Assembly: GCA_963702845.1 (NCBI GenBank)
Contig: OY969763.1
Coordinates: 800,001 to 864,000 of the forward strand
DNA length: 64,000 nt
Origin: an uncultured Verrucomicrobiae bacterium
GTDB taxonomy: Bacteria; Verrucomicrobiota; Verrucomicrobiia; Limisphaerales; Palsa-1400
Direction of reading: 5' to 3'
A program made the translations under genes and the position numbers. How positions within the stretch are numbered: position 1 is the first letter of the stretch; each line of letters begins with the position of its first letter. The notes below the pieces were generated by a model. The model worked only from the letters and a program-made list of their open reading frames with translations. It made no database searches and was not told the origin of the DNA. Below are positions 10,934 to 20,561 of this stretch, piece by piece.

Positions 10934-10996
10934 TACTGATAACTGATAGGAAATCGCTTACTGATAGGAAATTGCTTTTTGACGCTGGCGCGGTTA
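10929..10996 (+). repeat. 37-bp element copy 4 (10960-10996) preceded by ACTGAT, ACTGATA and ACTGATAGGAAATCGCTT
   Basis: Read directly from the sequence. Confidence 0.95.
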
Positions 10997-11268
10997 AGGG
11001 AGAATTGCTTTTCACAATGTCTCATTTTTTGAGGATGCTGCGCCCGTAGAAGCGTTCAGTCAAGTGACCTTGCGCATTCCGGTGCATCGTCTTCAGTCCT
11101 GGCAGTCCCGGCGGATGCCTTAGAATGCGCTAAATCCAAGGCCCGATGGCGCTCTCAACACTTGGCATTTACGACCGGCGCGCTATTATATTGTCACAAG
11201 CGCCGGCGACATTCTCTACCTTTAAGTCGGCGCGATGGTTGAGGCGAAACGAAAGGAAACCAATTGCG

Positions 11269-12039
11269 ATGAAAAAATTGCTGGTTCTGTTTGTGTTGTG
11301 GGCGGGACTTCCGGCCCATGTTGTAGCGGATCTCGTAACATACCGTTTTGCCGGCGTTGTGATTGGGCAAAACAATACTGGCGTCTTCACCGGCGGTCAC
11401 CCTTACACGCTCACGATTGTAATTAACACTGCCGCCCACGGCAATTCTACCGTGCCGGAAAGAACTGATTACACCAACGCGATCACATCCTCGTATTTCA
11501 ATTACGATTCAGGCAACTACGTCGCACAAGGAACGAATGGAGGCACAGTGAGTGTGGAAAACGATGATCGTGGTCTTTACGATCACTTTCTAATACTCGG
11601 ACTTCCTGGGTTTTCTTCACTCGCGGGGCAGCCACTTACTTCTTGCGAAATTCACCTCATCGACACCAATCACATTGTATTTTCGAACAATGACCTGCCG
11701 CAGATTCTGCCAGTTGACGCGTTTCAGCAGCGCTATTTTAACATTGGCTGGGGAATTGATTGGGACACCCGTGGACTGGACCTAAGCATTGACTCAATTA
11801 CAGTTATTCAGCGTCGACCAGCCATCACAAGTTGGACTCGGACGATCGATTCACTTGCGTTCAATATAGAGTTCGCCGGCCAATCCTGCACAAACTTGTT
11901 GGAACGATCGTTTGCAATCGGTAGTTCTGCACAATGGGAGGTTGTCAGTTCCTGTGTTGCATCTGGCGGAAACACGAATTGGACCGTGCCACTGCAGATG
12001 GACCAACCCTCAGTGTTTTATCGTGTGAAAGGCCAATGA
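11269..12039 (+). CDS. Hypothetical secreted protein with C-terminal FYRV-type tail
   Basis: AGGA upstream of ATG 11269, signal peptide MKKLLVLFVLWAGLPAHVVA, ends SVFYRVKGQ. Confidence 0.7.
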   Translation: MKKLLVLFVLWAGLPAHVVADLVTYRFAGVVIGQNNTGVFTGGHPYTLTIVINTAAHGNSTVPERTDYTNAITSSYFNYDSGNYVAQGTNGGTVSVENDDRGLYDHFLILGLPGFSSLAGQPLTSCEIHLIDTNHIVFSNNDLPQILPVDAFQQRYFNIGWGIDWDTRGLDLSIDSITVIQRRPAITSWTRTIDSLAFNIEFAGQSCTNLLERSFAIGSSAQWEVVSSCVASGGNTNWTVPLQMDQPSVFYRVKGQ

Positions 12040-12064
12040 ACTGTTCCCGCTGATAAGTCATGCT

Positions 12065-12101
12065 TAACCGCGCCAGCGTTAAAAAGCAATTTCCTATCAG
12101 T
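12065..12101 (-). repeat. 37-bp element copy 5, inverted, one mismatch at 12080
   Basis: TAACCGCGCCAGCGTTAAAAAGCAATTTCCTATCAGT. Confidence 0.95.
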
Positions 12102-12790
12102 TGGTTTTGTGAACAAGTTTGCCTGCCAATGCCGACAAGCTACTCGTCGAAATATGTGTCAACGCTTTCTTGCTGTCGAAATTTGCAGCGGGATGCAGCG
12201 GCACGTATACCAGACGCAACTCCCCGCAACTGTTTGACCGACCGTCAGAAATTTTTTCAAAACCCTGTGATACGTTCGCCACATGAAAACACGAATTGCA
12301 CAGTTTGAACCGACACTGGTTTGCGACCACCCACAGCGCAACCGAAATCGTGTCAAAACTTTTTTGCATAGAAAAATGGCGCGTTGCGGCGTGGTAAGGC
12401 GTGTCAGTGCATGCAGGTGCATGATGGGAAACGGGCTTCGGAAAAATTCAGAAAAACATGTGATAGAAATGTGCGCATGAGCGAGAGCCATCAGTTTATC
12501 AATGAGCCGGCGAAGCCGGTGCCGCATCCGTTGTCGAATAAGCAGGCTGCCGATGTTCAACGCAAACGTGCCGCGCAGAAGAGAGTGCCAGTCGGCCAGT
12601 GTGAGCCATCTTCAGAAATCTGCCCAAATGTCGCTTTGTTTCGCTTTGTGTCGCGTTGCTTCGCTAGACGCCTGGCGACGAAACTCTCACCATATATGCA
12701 AATGACAGAGACATCGCGTTCGCCCAACTACCTGTCGCGCCGAAGTCAGACGCAGGCGGATCAACCCTCAACCCTCAACATGTTTTAACC

Positions 12791-13162
12791 ATGCATTCTA
12801 CAGACACAAAATCAAAGTTCCTCGAGTTCCGCGGCAAAGGCTGGAGCCTTGCCCGCATCGCAAAACAAATCGATGTCAGCGTCCGCACCTTGGCCGACTG
12901 GAACCAGCAACACCGCCAGGAAATACGCACGCTCCGCGCCATCGATATCGAAGCTCTTCAGGAAAAGTTTCTCGCCACCCACGAGCAGGAGCTCAGTTCT
13001 CTCACCGCCCAACTCCAGCGCATCGAGCAAGCGATCGGCGACAGCAAACTCCAATTCGTCGAAACTAAAGACTTATTCCGACTGGCTGCCGTGACCCGCG
13101 CCGAAATCCGCAAAGTCATCATACCCACGGAGCCGGATGATAAATCGCATGCACAAAACTAA
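12791..13162 (+). CDS. Small helix-turn-helix protein (terminase-small-subunit or transposase-type HTH)
   Basis: FLEFRGKGWSLARIAKQIDVSVRTLADW HTH followed by a coiled-coil-like segment. Confidence 0.75.
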   Translation: MHSTDTKSKFLEFRGKGWSLARIAKQIDVSVRTLADWNQQHRQEIRTLRAIDIEALQEKFLATHEQELSSLTAQLQRIEQAIGDSKLQFVETKDLFRLAAVTRAEIRKVIIPTEPDDKSHAQN

Positions 13163-13830
13163 AATTGCATCGTTTCTGCATCATTTTTGCATCATTTCCC
13201 AAATGGAGGCCGTTACAAAATCCAGCGGCGGTCACGTTTGGTCACGTTCGGTCATGTTCAGTCATCTTTGGTCACGTCTACCATCGGCTCGCCTCCTTCC
13301 TGTCGGGCCAAAGCGCCCCGCGAAGGCAGACGCGCCCTTCGAGCGAAATGCTTTACCGGTCAAAATTCGGTAAAGAAACGGTAAAGAAACGGTAAAGTTT
13401 TACCCCTTGTAAAATGAACACGGTTCAAACGAAAAAACGTACAGAAAATGTACAGAAAGGTTCAGTTTTCGGTCCACGCCTGAAAAACCGGGAAAAAGGT
13501 AACGGGAGGTAATCAGAAGTAATCGGAGGTAATCTCATTATGCAATCTCTGTCACGTTTGGTCATCTTTGGTCACGTCTGGTCATCGGAGGTAATCCCAA
13601 TGCACCACCCGTCGTCGCCATTCATGCAAAACTGCACCATTTCTGCCTCGTTTCTGCCTCATCTTTTTTGCGCACCGGATGTTCCGGTCGGTCAAATTCG
13701 GTAAAGAAACGGTAAAGAAACGTAAAGTTTTTTAAATGTGCCGCCGTGCCGTCGGACGTTCCGGTCCTGAATTGATCAGATCTCGGCAAAAAACAAAATC
13801 GACTGACTTTCAGTGACCTTTACGGAAATT
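13160..13830. repeat. Non-coding cluster of different short direct repeats with 10-11 bp period
   Basis: TGCATC x3, GGTCAC-like x5, CGGTAAAGAAA x3 (twice), GTACAGAAA x2, GGTAAT-like x4, CTGC(A/C) x3. Confidence 0.8.
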
Positions 13831-13980
13831 GTTTGCTGCCTGTCACCAAATGTAGCCTGTTCGGCGTTCCGGAGAATTCAATAAAATTGTAGCTTCCCTT
13901 TTGGCGAATCGATACAATAAGCTACTTTTCACAACGAAAAATAAAAACTCCCGGCATGCGGTCGGGAATGCAATATTAAT

Positions 13981-15444
13981 ATGGCACTGAGTCCAAAACT
14001 GGGGCCCGAACAAGCGGCAGCCAACATGGCTGACATTGCCCCCCGCTTTACACCACAAGAAGCTGTTATCGAAGCGAATCGTTGTCTGTTTTGTTTTGAT
14101 GCGCCCTGCATCCAGGCATGCCCGACCGGCATCGATATCCCGAGCTTCATTCAAAAAATTGCCAACGGTAACCTGACGGGTTCCGCGCGAACAATTTTAA
14201 GCGCCAACATTCTCGGCGCCAGTTGCGCGCGGGTTTGCCCCACGTCCGTCCTTTGCGAAGGCGCGTGCGTCGTGCTCGATCGCGAAGGCAAAGCTGTCCA
14301 GATCGGACGATTGCAGCGTTACTCGACGGATCACGTTTACGACAACAAAATCCAGGTCCTCAAGCCTGCCGCGAAAAAGTCTGGCAAAAAAGTTGCCGTG
14401 CTCGGCGGTGGTCCTGCCGGCCTTGGTTGCGCGGCGGAGTTGGCTCAACTCGGCCACGACGTCACTGTTTTCGAAAAGAAACCGCAAGCCGGGGGTCTCA
14501 ACACCTACGGCATCGCTTATTACAAGATGCCGCCGCAGGTGAGCCTTGAAGAAGTCGAGCTGGTCAAGAGCCTCGGAGTTCAATTCAAATTCGGCGTCGA
14601 AATCGGCAAAGACATTCAGGTCGCCGACCTCGAAAAGCAATTCGACGCGATTTTCGTAGGCCTCGGCCTTGGCCGCGGTCATCAGATGAATATTCCCGGC
14701 GAGAATTTGCCGGAAGTTATTCAGGCCCTCGATTTCATCGAAAAACTTCACACCACGCCGTTGCACAAAGTGCCGGTCGGCGCGCGTGTCGCTGTTATCG
14801 GCGGCGGCAACACCGCCATCGACGCGGTGACCCAGGCCAAGCGCCTCGGTGCCGAAAAAGCGATGCTCATTTATCGCCGCACTCAGGCTGAAATGTCGGC
14901 TTATGATTTCGAGCAGGACCTCGCCAAAACTGATGGCGCTGAATTCGTTTTCAATGCTGCACCCATCGAAGTTATCGCCGATTGCAACGGGCACGTGGCC
15001 GGCCTGAAACTCGCCCGCACGCAGTTGGTTAACGGCAAAGCCGAAATTATTCCCGGCCAGGAATGGGTCGAGCCCGTCGACATGGTTATCAAAGCGATTG
15101 GCGAACCTAAACAAGTCGAACTGCTCAAGCGCCTCTTTCCGAAAATCGAACTCGATAAGCGCGGCGCGATTGTTTACGACCGCGCAACCGGCGCAACGAA
15201 TCTCCCGAAAGTTTTTGCTGGTGGCGATTGCGCCAACGGTGGACGCGAAGTTGTTAATGCTGTCGGCGAAGGCAAGAAAGCCGCGCGCGGCATGCACGCG
15301 ATGTTCGTAAACCAGAAGGTTGTCGGCCCGGTTCAGCAATCTCGACTGGGTGTGAAGTCAGCGCCGGTGGGTTCTGGTTTGGAAAATCCGATCCGTGTGC
15401 CCGAACTGGAAAAAGAATACGCGAAGCAAGCGGCCGCACACTAA
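13981..15444 (+). CDS. preT: NAD(P)-dependent dihydropyrimidine dehydrogenase subunit (GltD-like)
   Basis: EANRCLFCFDAPCIQACP, GGGPAG, GGGNTAIDA, FAGGD; directly upstream of preA. Confidence 0.88.
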   Translation: MALSPKLGPEQAAANMADIAPRFTPQEAVIEANRCLFCFDAPCIQACPTGIDIPSFIQKIANGNLTGSARTILSANILGASCARVCPTSVLCEGACVVLDREGKAVQIGRLQRYSTDHVYDNKIQVLKPAAKKSGKKVAVLGGGPAGLGCAAELAQLGHDVTVFEKKPQAGGLNTYGIAYYKMPPQVSLEEVELVKSLGVQFKFGVEIGKDIQVADLEKQFDAIFVGLGLGRGHQMNIPGENLPEVIQALDFIEKLHTTPLHKVPVGARVAVIGGGNTAIDAVTQAKRLGAEKAMLIYRRTQAEMSAYDFEQDLAKTDGAEFVFNAAPIEVIADCNGHVAGLKLARTQLVNGKAEIIPGQEWVEPVDMVIKAIGEPKQVELLKRLFPKIELDKRGAIVYDRATGATNLPKVFAGGDCANGGREVVNAVGEGKKAARGMHAMFVNQKVVGPVQQSRLGVKSAPVGSGLENPIRVPELEKEYAKQAAAH

Positions 15445-15469
15445 TTTCTAACCTCAACCGAAAACCGTT

Positions 15470-16780
15470 ATGGCAGATCTCTCCATTAACATCGCCGGAA
15501 TCAAATCCCCTAATCCGTTCTGGGTCGCAAGCGGCCCACCGGCCAACACCGCTTACCAGGCAAACCGCGCATTCGAAATGGGCTGGGGCGGCGTCGTGTG
15601 GAAAACAATTGGTGACCCGGTCGTCAACGTTTCTTCGCGTTACTCTGCCCTGAATTCGGGCACGACGCGGATGATCGGCTTGAACAACATCGAGTTGATC
15701 AGCGATCGCTCGCCCGAGACGAATTTTCGCGAAATCGCCGAAGTCAAAAAGAACTGGCCCAATCACGCCGTCATCGCCTCGTTGATGGTCGATACGCGTG
15801 AACGCTGGCATGAATTCGTGAAGCGCTCCGCCGACGCTGGCGCGGACGGCATCGAACTGAATTTCGGTTGCCCGCACGGTATGTGCGAACGCGGTATGGG
15901 TTCGGCCGTCGGTCAGCAACCTGCGGTTGCTGAGAAGATTGTGAGTTGGGTAATGGAAGCCGCAACGATTCCTGTGATCGTCAAGCTGACGCCGAACATC
16001 ACGGACGTGACCTTCGCCGGTCGCGCAGCCAAAAAGAGCGGTGCAAACGCAATTTCGTTGATCAACACGATCAACAGCATCACGCAAGTCAACCTGGACA
16101 ATCTTTGCCCCGAACCATACGTCGACGGATTGAGCAGCCACGGCGGTTACTGCGGACCTGCAGTGAAGCCGATCGCTTTGAACATGGTTCAAAGCTGCGC
16201 GGCTGATCCAGAAATCGGCCTTCCGATTTCAGGAATCGGCGGCGTGCAAAGCTGGCGCGACGCCGCAGAATTCATCGCGCTTGGTTCGACTAGCGTTCAA
16301 GTCTGCACCGCTATCATGCATTACGGCTTCCGAATCGTCGCCGACATGAAAGAGGGCCTGAGCGATTACCTCGATTCCAAAGGCATGAAGAGCGTGATGG
16401 AGTTGGTCGGCAAAGCCGTTCCTACATTGCAAAAGTGGGAAAAGCTCGACCTGCATTACAAACGCATCGCGAAGATCGATTACAACAAATGCATTGGCTG
16501 CAACCTGTGCTACATCGCCTGCGAAGACGGCGCCCATCAAGCGATCGCATTGATTCCGCCGAACGGCCATGGGCTCGGCCCCGGTCGCGTTCCCGGCAAA
16601 CCCATTCCGGAAATCAAAGAAGAGGAATGCGTCGGCTGTAATCTTTGCTCACTGGTCTGCCCGGTGGACAATTGCATTAACATGGCGTCGATTCCGACCG
16701 GCCGCGAGCGCATGAGTTGGAGTGATTACCAGACCAAGCTTAGCCGTGGCGAAATGCAGCCGATACCGCCGCATCCATGA
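15470..16780 (+). CDS. preA: Dihydropyrimidine dehydrogenase subunit PreA
   Basis: ELNFGCPHGMCERGMGSAVGQ, HGGYCGPAVKPIAL, two C-terminal 4Fe-4S motifs. Confidence 0.95.
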   Translation: MADLSINIAGIKSPNPFWVASGPPANTAYQANRAFEMGWGGVVWKTIGDPVVNVSSRYSALNSGTTRMIGLNNIELISDRSPETNFREIAEVKKNWPNHAVIASLMVDTRERWHEFVKRSADAGADGIELNFGCPHGMCERGMGSAVGQQPAVAEKIVSWVMEAATIPVIVKLTPNITDVTFAGRAAKKSGANAISLINTINSITQVNLDNLCPEPYVDGLSSHGGYCGPAVKPIALNMVQSCAADPEIGLPISGIGGVQSWRDAAEFIALGSTSVQVCTAIMHYGFRIVADMKEGLSDYLDSKGMKSVMELVGKAVPTLQKWEKLDLHYKRIAKIDYNKCIGCNLCYIACEDGAHQAIALIPPNGHGLGPGRVPGKPIPEIKEEECVGCNLCSLVCPVDNCINMASIPTGRERMSWSDYQTKLSRGEMQPIPPHP

Positions 16781-16865
16781 TCAAATCCCAAGCACTAAAC
16801 ACCAGAGCTTCTCTGGAAGATTGGTGTTTGGAGTTTGAAGCTTTTATAATTTCCACATTGTATTT

Positions 16866-18365
16866 ATGACGAAGACCCTGACCCCTTGCCCCGTTTTCAT
16901 CGGCGGGGAATGGCGCAACCTTAAGACGAGCGCCTACAATCCCGTTTACAACCCGTCGACTGGCGATGTCATTGCGGAAACGCCCATGGGCAGTGCCAAA
17001 GATGTCGATGAAGCTGTGCAAGCTGCGGCAGACGCATTTCCCGGTTGGTGGGAAACGCCCGCTATCGACCGTGCGCGCATTTTATTCCGCTTCCGCGGAT
17101 TGGTAGAAGACAACTTCGAAGAGCTCGTGCGTTGCAACACTCGCGAACACGGCAAGACTTTGGCCGAGTCGCGCGGTGACGTTAAGCGCGGCATGGAAAT
17201 GATCGAGTTCGCTTGCGGCGCTCCTTCCCTGTTGATGGGCGAAAGTCTGGAGAACGTCGCCAAAGGCATCGATTGCGACACCATTCGCCAACCGCTCGGT
17301 GTTTGCGCTGGTATCACGCCGTTCAATTTTCCGGCGATGGTTCCACTCTGGATGTATCCAGTCGCCCTTGCTTGCGGAAATACGTTCGTTCTCAAGCCAA
17401 GCGAAAAAGTTCCGCTCACGGCGATCAAGGTCATTCAACTGCTTGAGAAAGCCGGTTTGCCCAAAGGTGTTTTGAACATCGTCCACGGCGGACGTGATGT
17501 CGTTGATGCGTTGCTGACGCATCCGAAAGTGAGAGCGGTTTCGTTCGTCGGCTCGACGCCGATTGCACGCCACGTTTTCGAACTCGGGACCAAACATGGC
17601 AAGCGCGTGCAATCGAATGGTGGCGCGAAGAATTATGTTTTCCTCATGCCCGATGCCGATGTGGACAATTCGTCACGCGGTTTGATCGAGGCGGCATTCG
17701 GTTGCGCGGGCGAACGTTGCATGGCCGGTTCAACCGCTGTTGTGATCGGCGGCGCGAGCAAGACAGTTTTGCCTGCGTTGGTTGAAGCCACGCGCGCCAT
17801 CAAAGTCGGTCCGACCGATCGCGAAAAACAACCGAACATGGGCCCTGTGATTTCGCGCCAGCACAAAGAGCGCGTGGAACAGCTTCTCGAAGCTGGTGTT
17901 AAAGAAGGCGCAAACGTCTCCGTCGACGGCCGTGGCGTGAAAAATTCGGATGAGCCCAACGGATTTTTCGTTGGTGCCAGTATTCTCGACAACGTCCAGA
18001 ACGGAATGACCGTCGCGAAAGAAGAAATCTTCGGCCCGGTCCTGAACGTGATGCGCTTCGACGACCTCGATGCCGCCATCGAAATGGCCAACAAATCGCC
18101 ATACGGAAACGGCGCATCGATTTTCACCAACAACGGCAAAGCCGCCCGGGAATTCAAGCATCGCATCAAAGCCGGCATGGTCGGAATCAACATCGGTGTT
18201 CCTGCATCCGTGCCGTGGTTCCCATTTAACGGTTGGGACGAATCGTTCTTTGGCGACCTACATATGCAGGGCAAAGAAGGTATCCAATTTTTCACGCAGC
18301 AAAAAGTGACGACGTCGCGCTGGTTCAATTACGGGGAAGGCGATATCTGGCATCGGGAAAAATAA
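16866..18365 (+). CDS. mmsA: CoA-acylating (methyl)malonate-semialdehyde dehydrogenase
   Basis: ITPFNFPAMVPLWM, AAFGCAGERCMA, EEIFGPVL, GMVGINIGVP, SFFGDLH. Confidence 0.92.
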   Translation: MTKTLTPCPVFIGGEWRNLKTSAYNPVYNPSTGDVIAETPMGSAKDVDEAVQAAADAFPGWWETPAIDRARILFRFRGLVEDNFEELVRCNTREHGKTLAESRGDVKRGMEMIEFACGAPSLLMGESLENVAKGIDCDTIRQPLGVCAGITPFNFPAMVPLWMYPVALACGNTFVLKPSEKVPLTAIKVIQLLEKAGLPKGVLNIVHGGRDVVDALLTHPKVRAVSFVGSTPIARHVFELGTKHGKRVQSNGGAKNYVFLMPDADVDNSSRGLIEAAFGCAGERCMAGSTAVVIGGASKTVLPALVEATRAIKVGPTDREKQPNMGPVISRQHKERVEQLLEAGVKEGANVSVDGRGVKNSDEPNGFFVGASILDNVQNGMTVAKEEIFGPVLNVMRFDDLDAAIEMANKSPYGNGASIFTNNGKAAREFKHRIKAGMVGINIGVPASVPWFPFNGWDESFFGDLHMQGKEGIQFFTQQKVTTSRWFNYGEGDIWHREK

Positions 18366-18374
18366 TCGGGTTCC

Positions 18375-18405
18375 TTGACTGTGATGCGGTGGTGTGGTAG
18401 CATCA
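18375..18405 (+). promoter_or_regulatory. Sigma70-type promoter with overlapping inverted repeat (TA operator)
   Basis: TTGACT-17 nt-TAGCAT with TG extension; TGATGC...GCATCA inverted repeat; ATG 7 nt after the -10 box. Confidence 0.65.
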
Positions 18406-18410
18406 GATGT

Positions 18411-18650
18411 ATGAGGACGACGTTAGACATCGAGGATGACGTGCTTCAAGCTGCGAAGGAACTGGCGCACAGCGAAGGTACTAGCGCAGGGAAGATGTTA
18501 TCGAAACTCGCACGCCGAGGGTTGTCAGCAGCGCAAGAGCCACAATCATCGAAGTTGACCATTCGTAACGGGGTCCCCATTTTTCCTCCTAGTGGGCAGG
18601 TTGTGACACTCGAAAAGGTCCGCAAGATTATGGACGAGGAAGGCATCTAA
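18411..18650 (+). CDS. VapB-type antitoxin (RHH/CopG)
   Basis: MRTTLDIEDDVLQAAKELA...RNGVPIF. Confidence 0.85.
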   Translation: MRTTLDIEDDVLQAAKELAHSEGTSAGKMLSKLARRGLSAAQEPQSSKLTIRNGVPIFPPSGQVVTLEKVRKIMDEEGI

Positions 18651-18652
18651 GA

Positions 18653-19087
18653 GTGCGTTCACTGTTTGACGTAAATGTGCTCATCGCGTTGCTGGACCCG
18701 GATCATGCTTTTCACGAACGTGCTCATTTTTGGTGGGACAAGAATGCTGCAGCGGGATGGGCAAGTTGTCCTATCACGGAAAATGGCGTTGTCCGTATTA
18801 TGTCAAACCCCGCGTTTCGAACAAATCGCCGACTGAGCTCCACAGACGTGATTTGTGGATTGCAGGAATTCGTTTCAAGAACGGATCACCAATTTTGGGC
18901 TGACGACATTTCGTTGCGCGACTCTGCTGTTTTTAGCAGCGAGCACATTCACGGTCCCAAGCAATTAACAGATTTTTATTTACTGGCGTTGGCAAAGACA
19001 CGCCAGGCGCGTTTTGCTACGTTTGACACCAACATTGCATTGTCGGCAATAAAATCAGCCACGGGCAACAATCTGTGCGCAATTTGA
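18653..19087 (+). CDS. VapC-type PIN-domain toxin
   Basis: LFDVNVLIAL, CPITENG, TDFYLLALA, ATFD. Confidence 0.9.
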   Translation: MRSLFDVNVLIALLDPDHAFHERAHFWWDKNAAAGWASCPITENGVVRIMSNPAFRTNRRLSSTDVICGLQEFVSRTDHQFWADDISLRDSAVFSSEHIHGPKQLTDFYLLALAKTRQARFATFDTNIALSAIKSATGNNLCAI

Positions 19088-19114
19088 CCTGAACCAATCA
19101 GAAAGAAATATCCT

Positions 19115-20494
19115 ATGCCCCTCCTCATAAAGAACGGTGAGATTATTACGGCGAGCGAACGCTACGTCGCGGATATTTATTGCGAAAACGAAACCATCAC
19201 CCGCATTGACAAAAACATTTCTGCGCCTGCCGGTGCTGATGTGATTGATGCGACGGGTAAGTTTGTTTTCCCCGGGTTCATTGATCCGCATGTGCATATT
19301 TATTTGCCGTTCATGGGGACGTTGGCAAAGGACACTCACGAAACGGCAAGCAAGGCCGCGCTTGTCGGTGGAACGACGACGTTTATCGAAATGATTTGTC
19401 CAAGTCGCGCGGATAAGCCGATGGAAGCTTTCGATCTTTGGCTCGGCAAAGCGCAAGGCAACAGCGCGTGCGATTTCACATTTCACATGGGCGTCACTCG
19501 GTACGATGCCGAAGCTGAAAAAGATTTTCGCGACATCGTCAAACGCGGTTGCAGTAGTTTTAAAATCTTCCTGGCATACAAAGGCGCGTTCGGCGTGACG
19601 GACGACGAACTTTACAACACGCTAAAGCTGGCGAAAGAACTCGGCGTCATTGTCACGGCGCACTGTGAAAATGCGGAACTCGTCGCTGAGTTGCAGAAGA
19701 AACTTTTGGCCGAAGGCAAGACGGGTCCTGAATACCATTATTGGAGCCGGCCACCTGTGGTTGAAGCGGAAGGCGTTCATCACCTGATGACTTTTGCCGA
19801 AATGACCGGTGCGCATGTTTACATCGTTCACACCAGTTGCGGCGAAGCGTTGCAGGAAGCGATGCACGGTTCCGCGCGGGGCGTAAAGGTTTGGGTGGAA
19901 ACGCTCATTCAATATTTGCTTTGCGATAAGACCGACGCGGAGAGGCCAAATTTTGAAGGTGCAAATTTTGTGATGTCGCCGCCACTTCGCGAAAAACACA
20001 ACCAGGACATCTTTTGGAACGCATTGCAGAAAGGTTTTGCTTCGACGCTCGCAACCGACCACGCGCCGTTCGATACGACGCAGAAGAAAATGGGCAAAGA
20101 CGATTTCACAAAGATCCCAAACGGCATTCCGTCACTGGAAGATCGCGTCAATCTTTACTACACCCACGGTGTGAAAACCGGACGCATCGACCTGCATCAA
20201 TTCGTCGCCACAGCGAGCACCAATACGGCGAAAATTTTCGGTCTGTTCCCGCGTAAAGGCACCATTCAAATGGGCGCGGACGCAGATCTCGTCGTTTACG
20301 ACCCCAACTACAGGGGTAAAATTTCTGCGAAGACCCATTCGATGAATCTCGATTACAATGCGTTCGAAGGAATGGAAATCGAGGGGCGTCCGAGCGCGGT
20401 CACTGTTCGCGGTCAGATTGCCGCGCGCGATGGTAAATTCGTCGGCAAAGTCGGCCGCGGCAAATTCCTCCAGCGCGAGCCGAATCATTTTTAG
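19115..20494 (+). CDS. hydA: Dihydropyrimidinase
   Basis: PGFIDPHVH, SFKIFLAYKG, HCEN, ATDHAPF, DFTKIPNGIP. Confidence 0.95.
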   Translation: MPLLIKNGEIITASERYVADIYCENETITRIDKNISAPAGADVIDATGKFVFPGFIDPHVHIYLPFMGTLAKDTHETASKAALVGGTTTFIEMICPSRADKPMEAFDLWLGKAQGNSACDFTFHMGVTRYDAEAEKDFRDIVKRGCSSFKIFLAYKGAFGVTDDELYNTLKLAKELGVIVTAHCENAELVAELQKKLLAEGKTGPEYHYWSRPPVVEAEGVHHLMTFAEMTGAHVYIVHTSCGEALQEAMHGSARGVKVWVETLIQYLLCDKTDAERPNFEGANFVMSPPLREKHNQDIFWNALQKGFASTLATDHAPFDTTQKKMGKDDFTKIPNGIPSLEDRVNLYYTHGVKTGRIDLHQFVATASTNTAKIFGLFPRKGTIQMGADADLVVYDPNYRGKISAKTHSMNLDYNAFEGMEIEGRPSAVTVRGQIAARDGKFVGKVGRGKFLQREPNHF

Positions 20495-20561
20495 TCTCGC
20501 CGCTGACTGCGCCGGTTCTCGAGTTGGGATAGATTGTTGACACTCGCACACGCGAGCGGGT

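Noticed and set aside
12060..12788. Several short overlapping ORFs
   Set aside because: No recognisable motifs; similarity to 61.6-62 kb is at DNA level and does not keep a frame.
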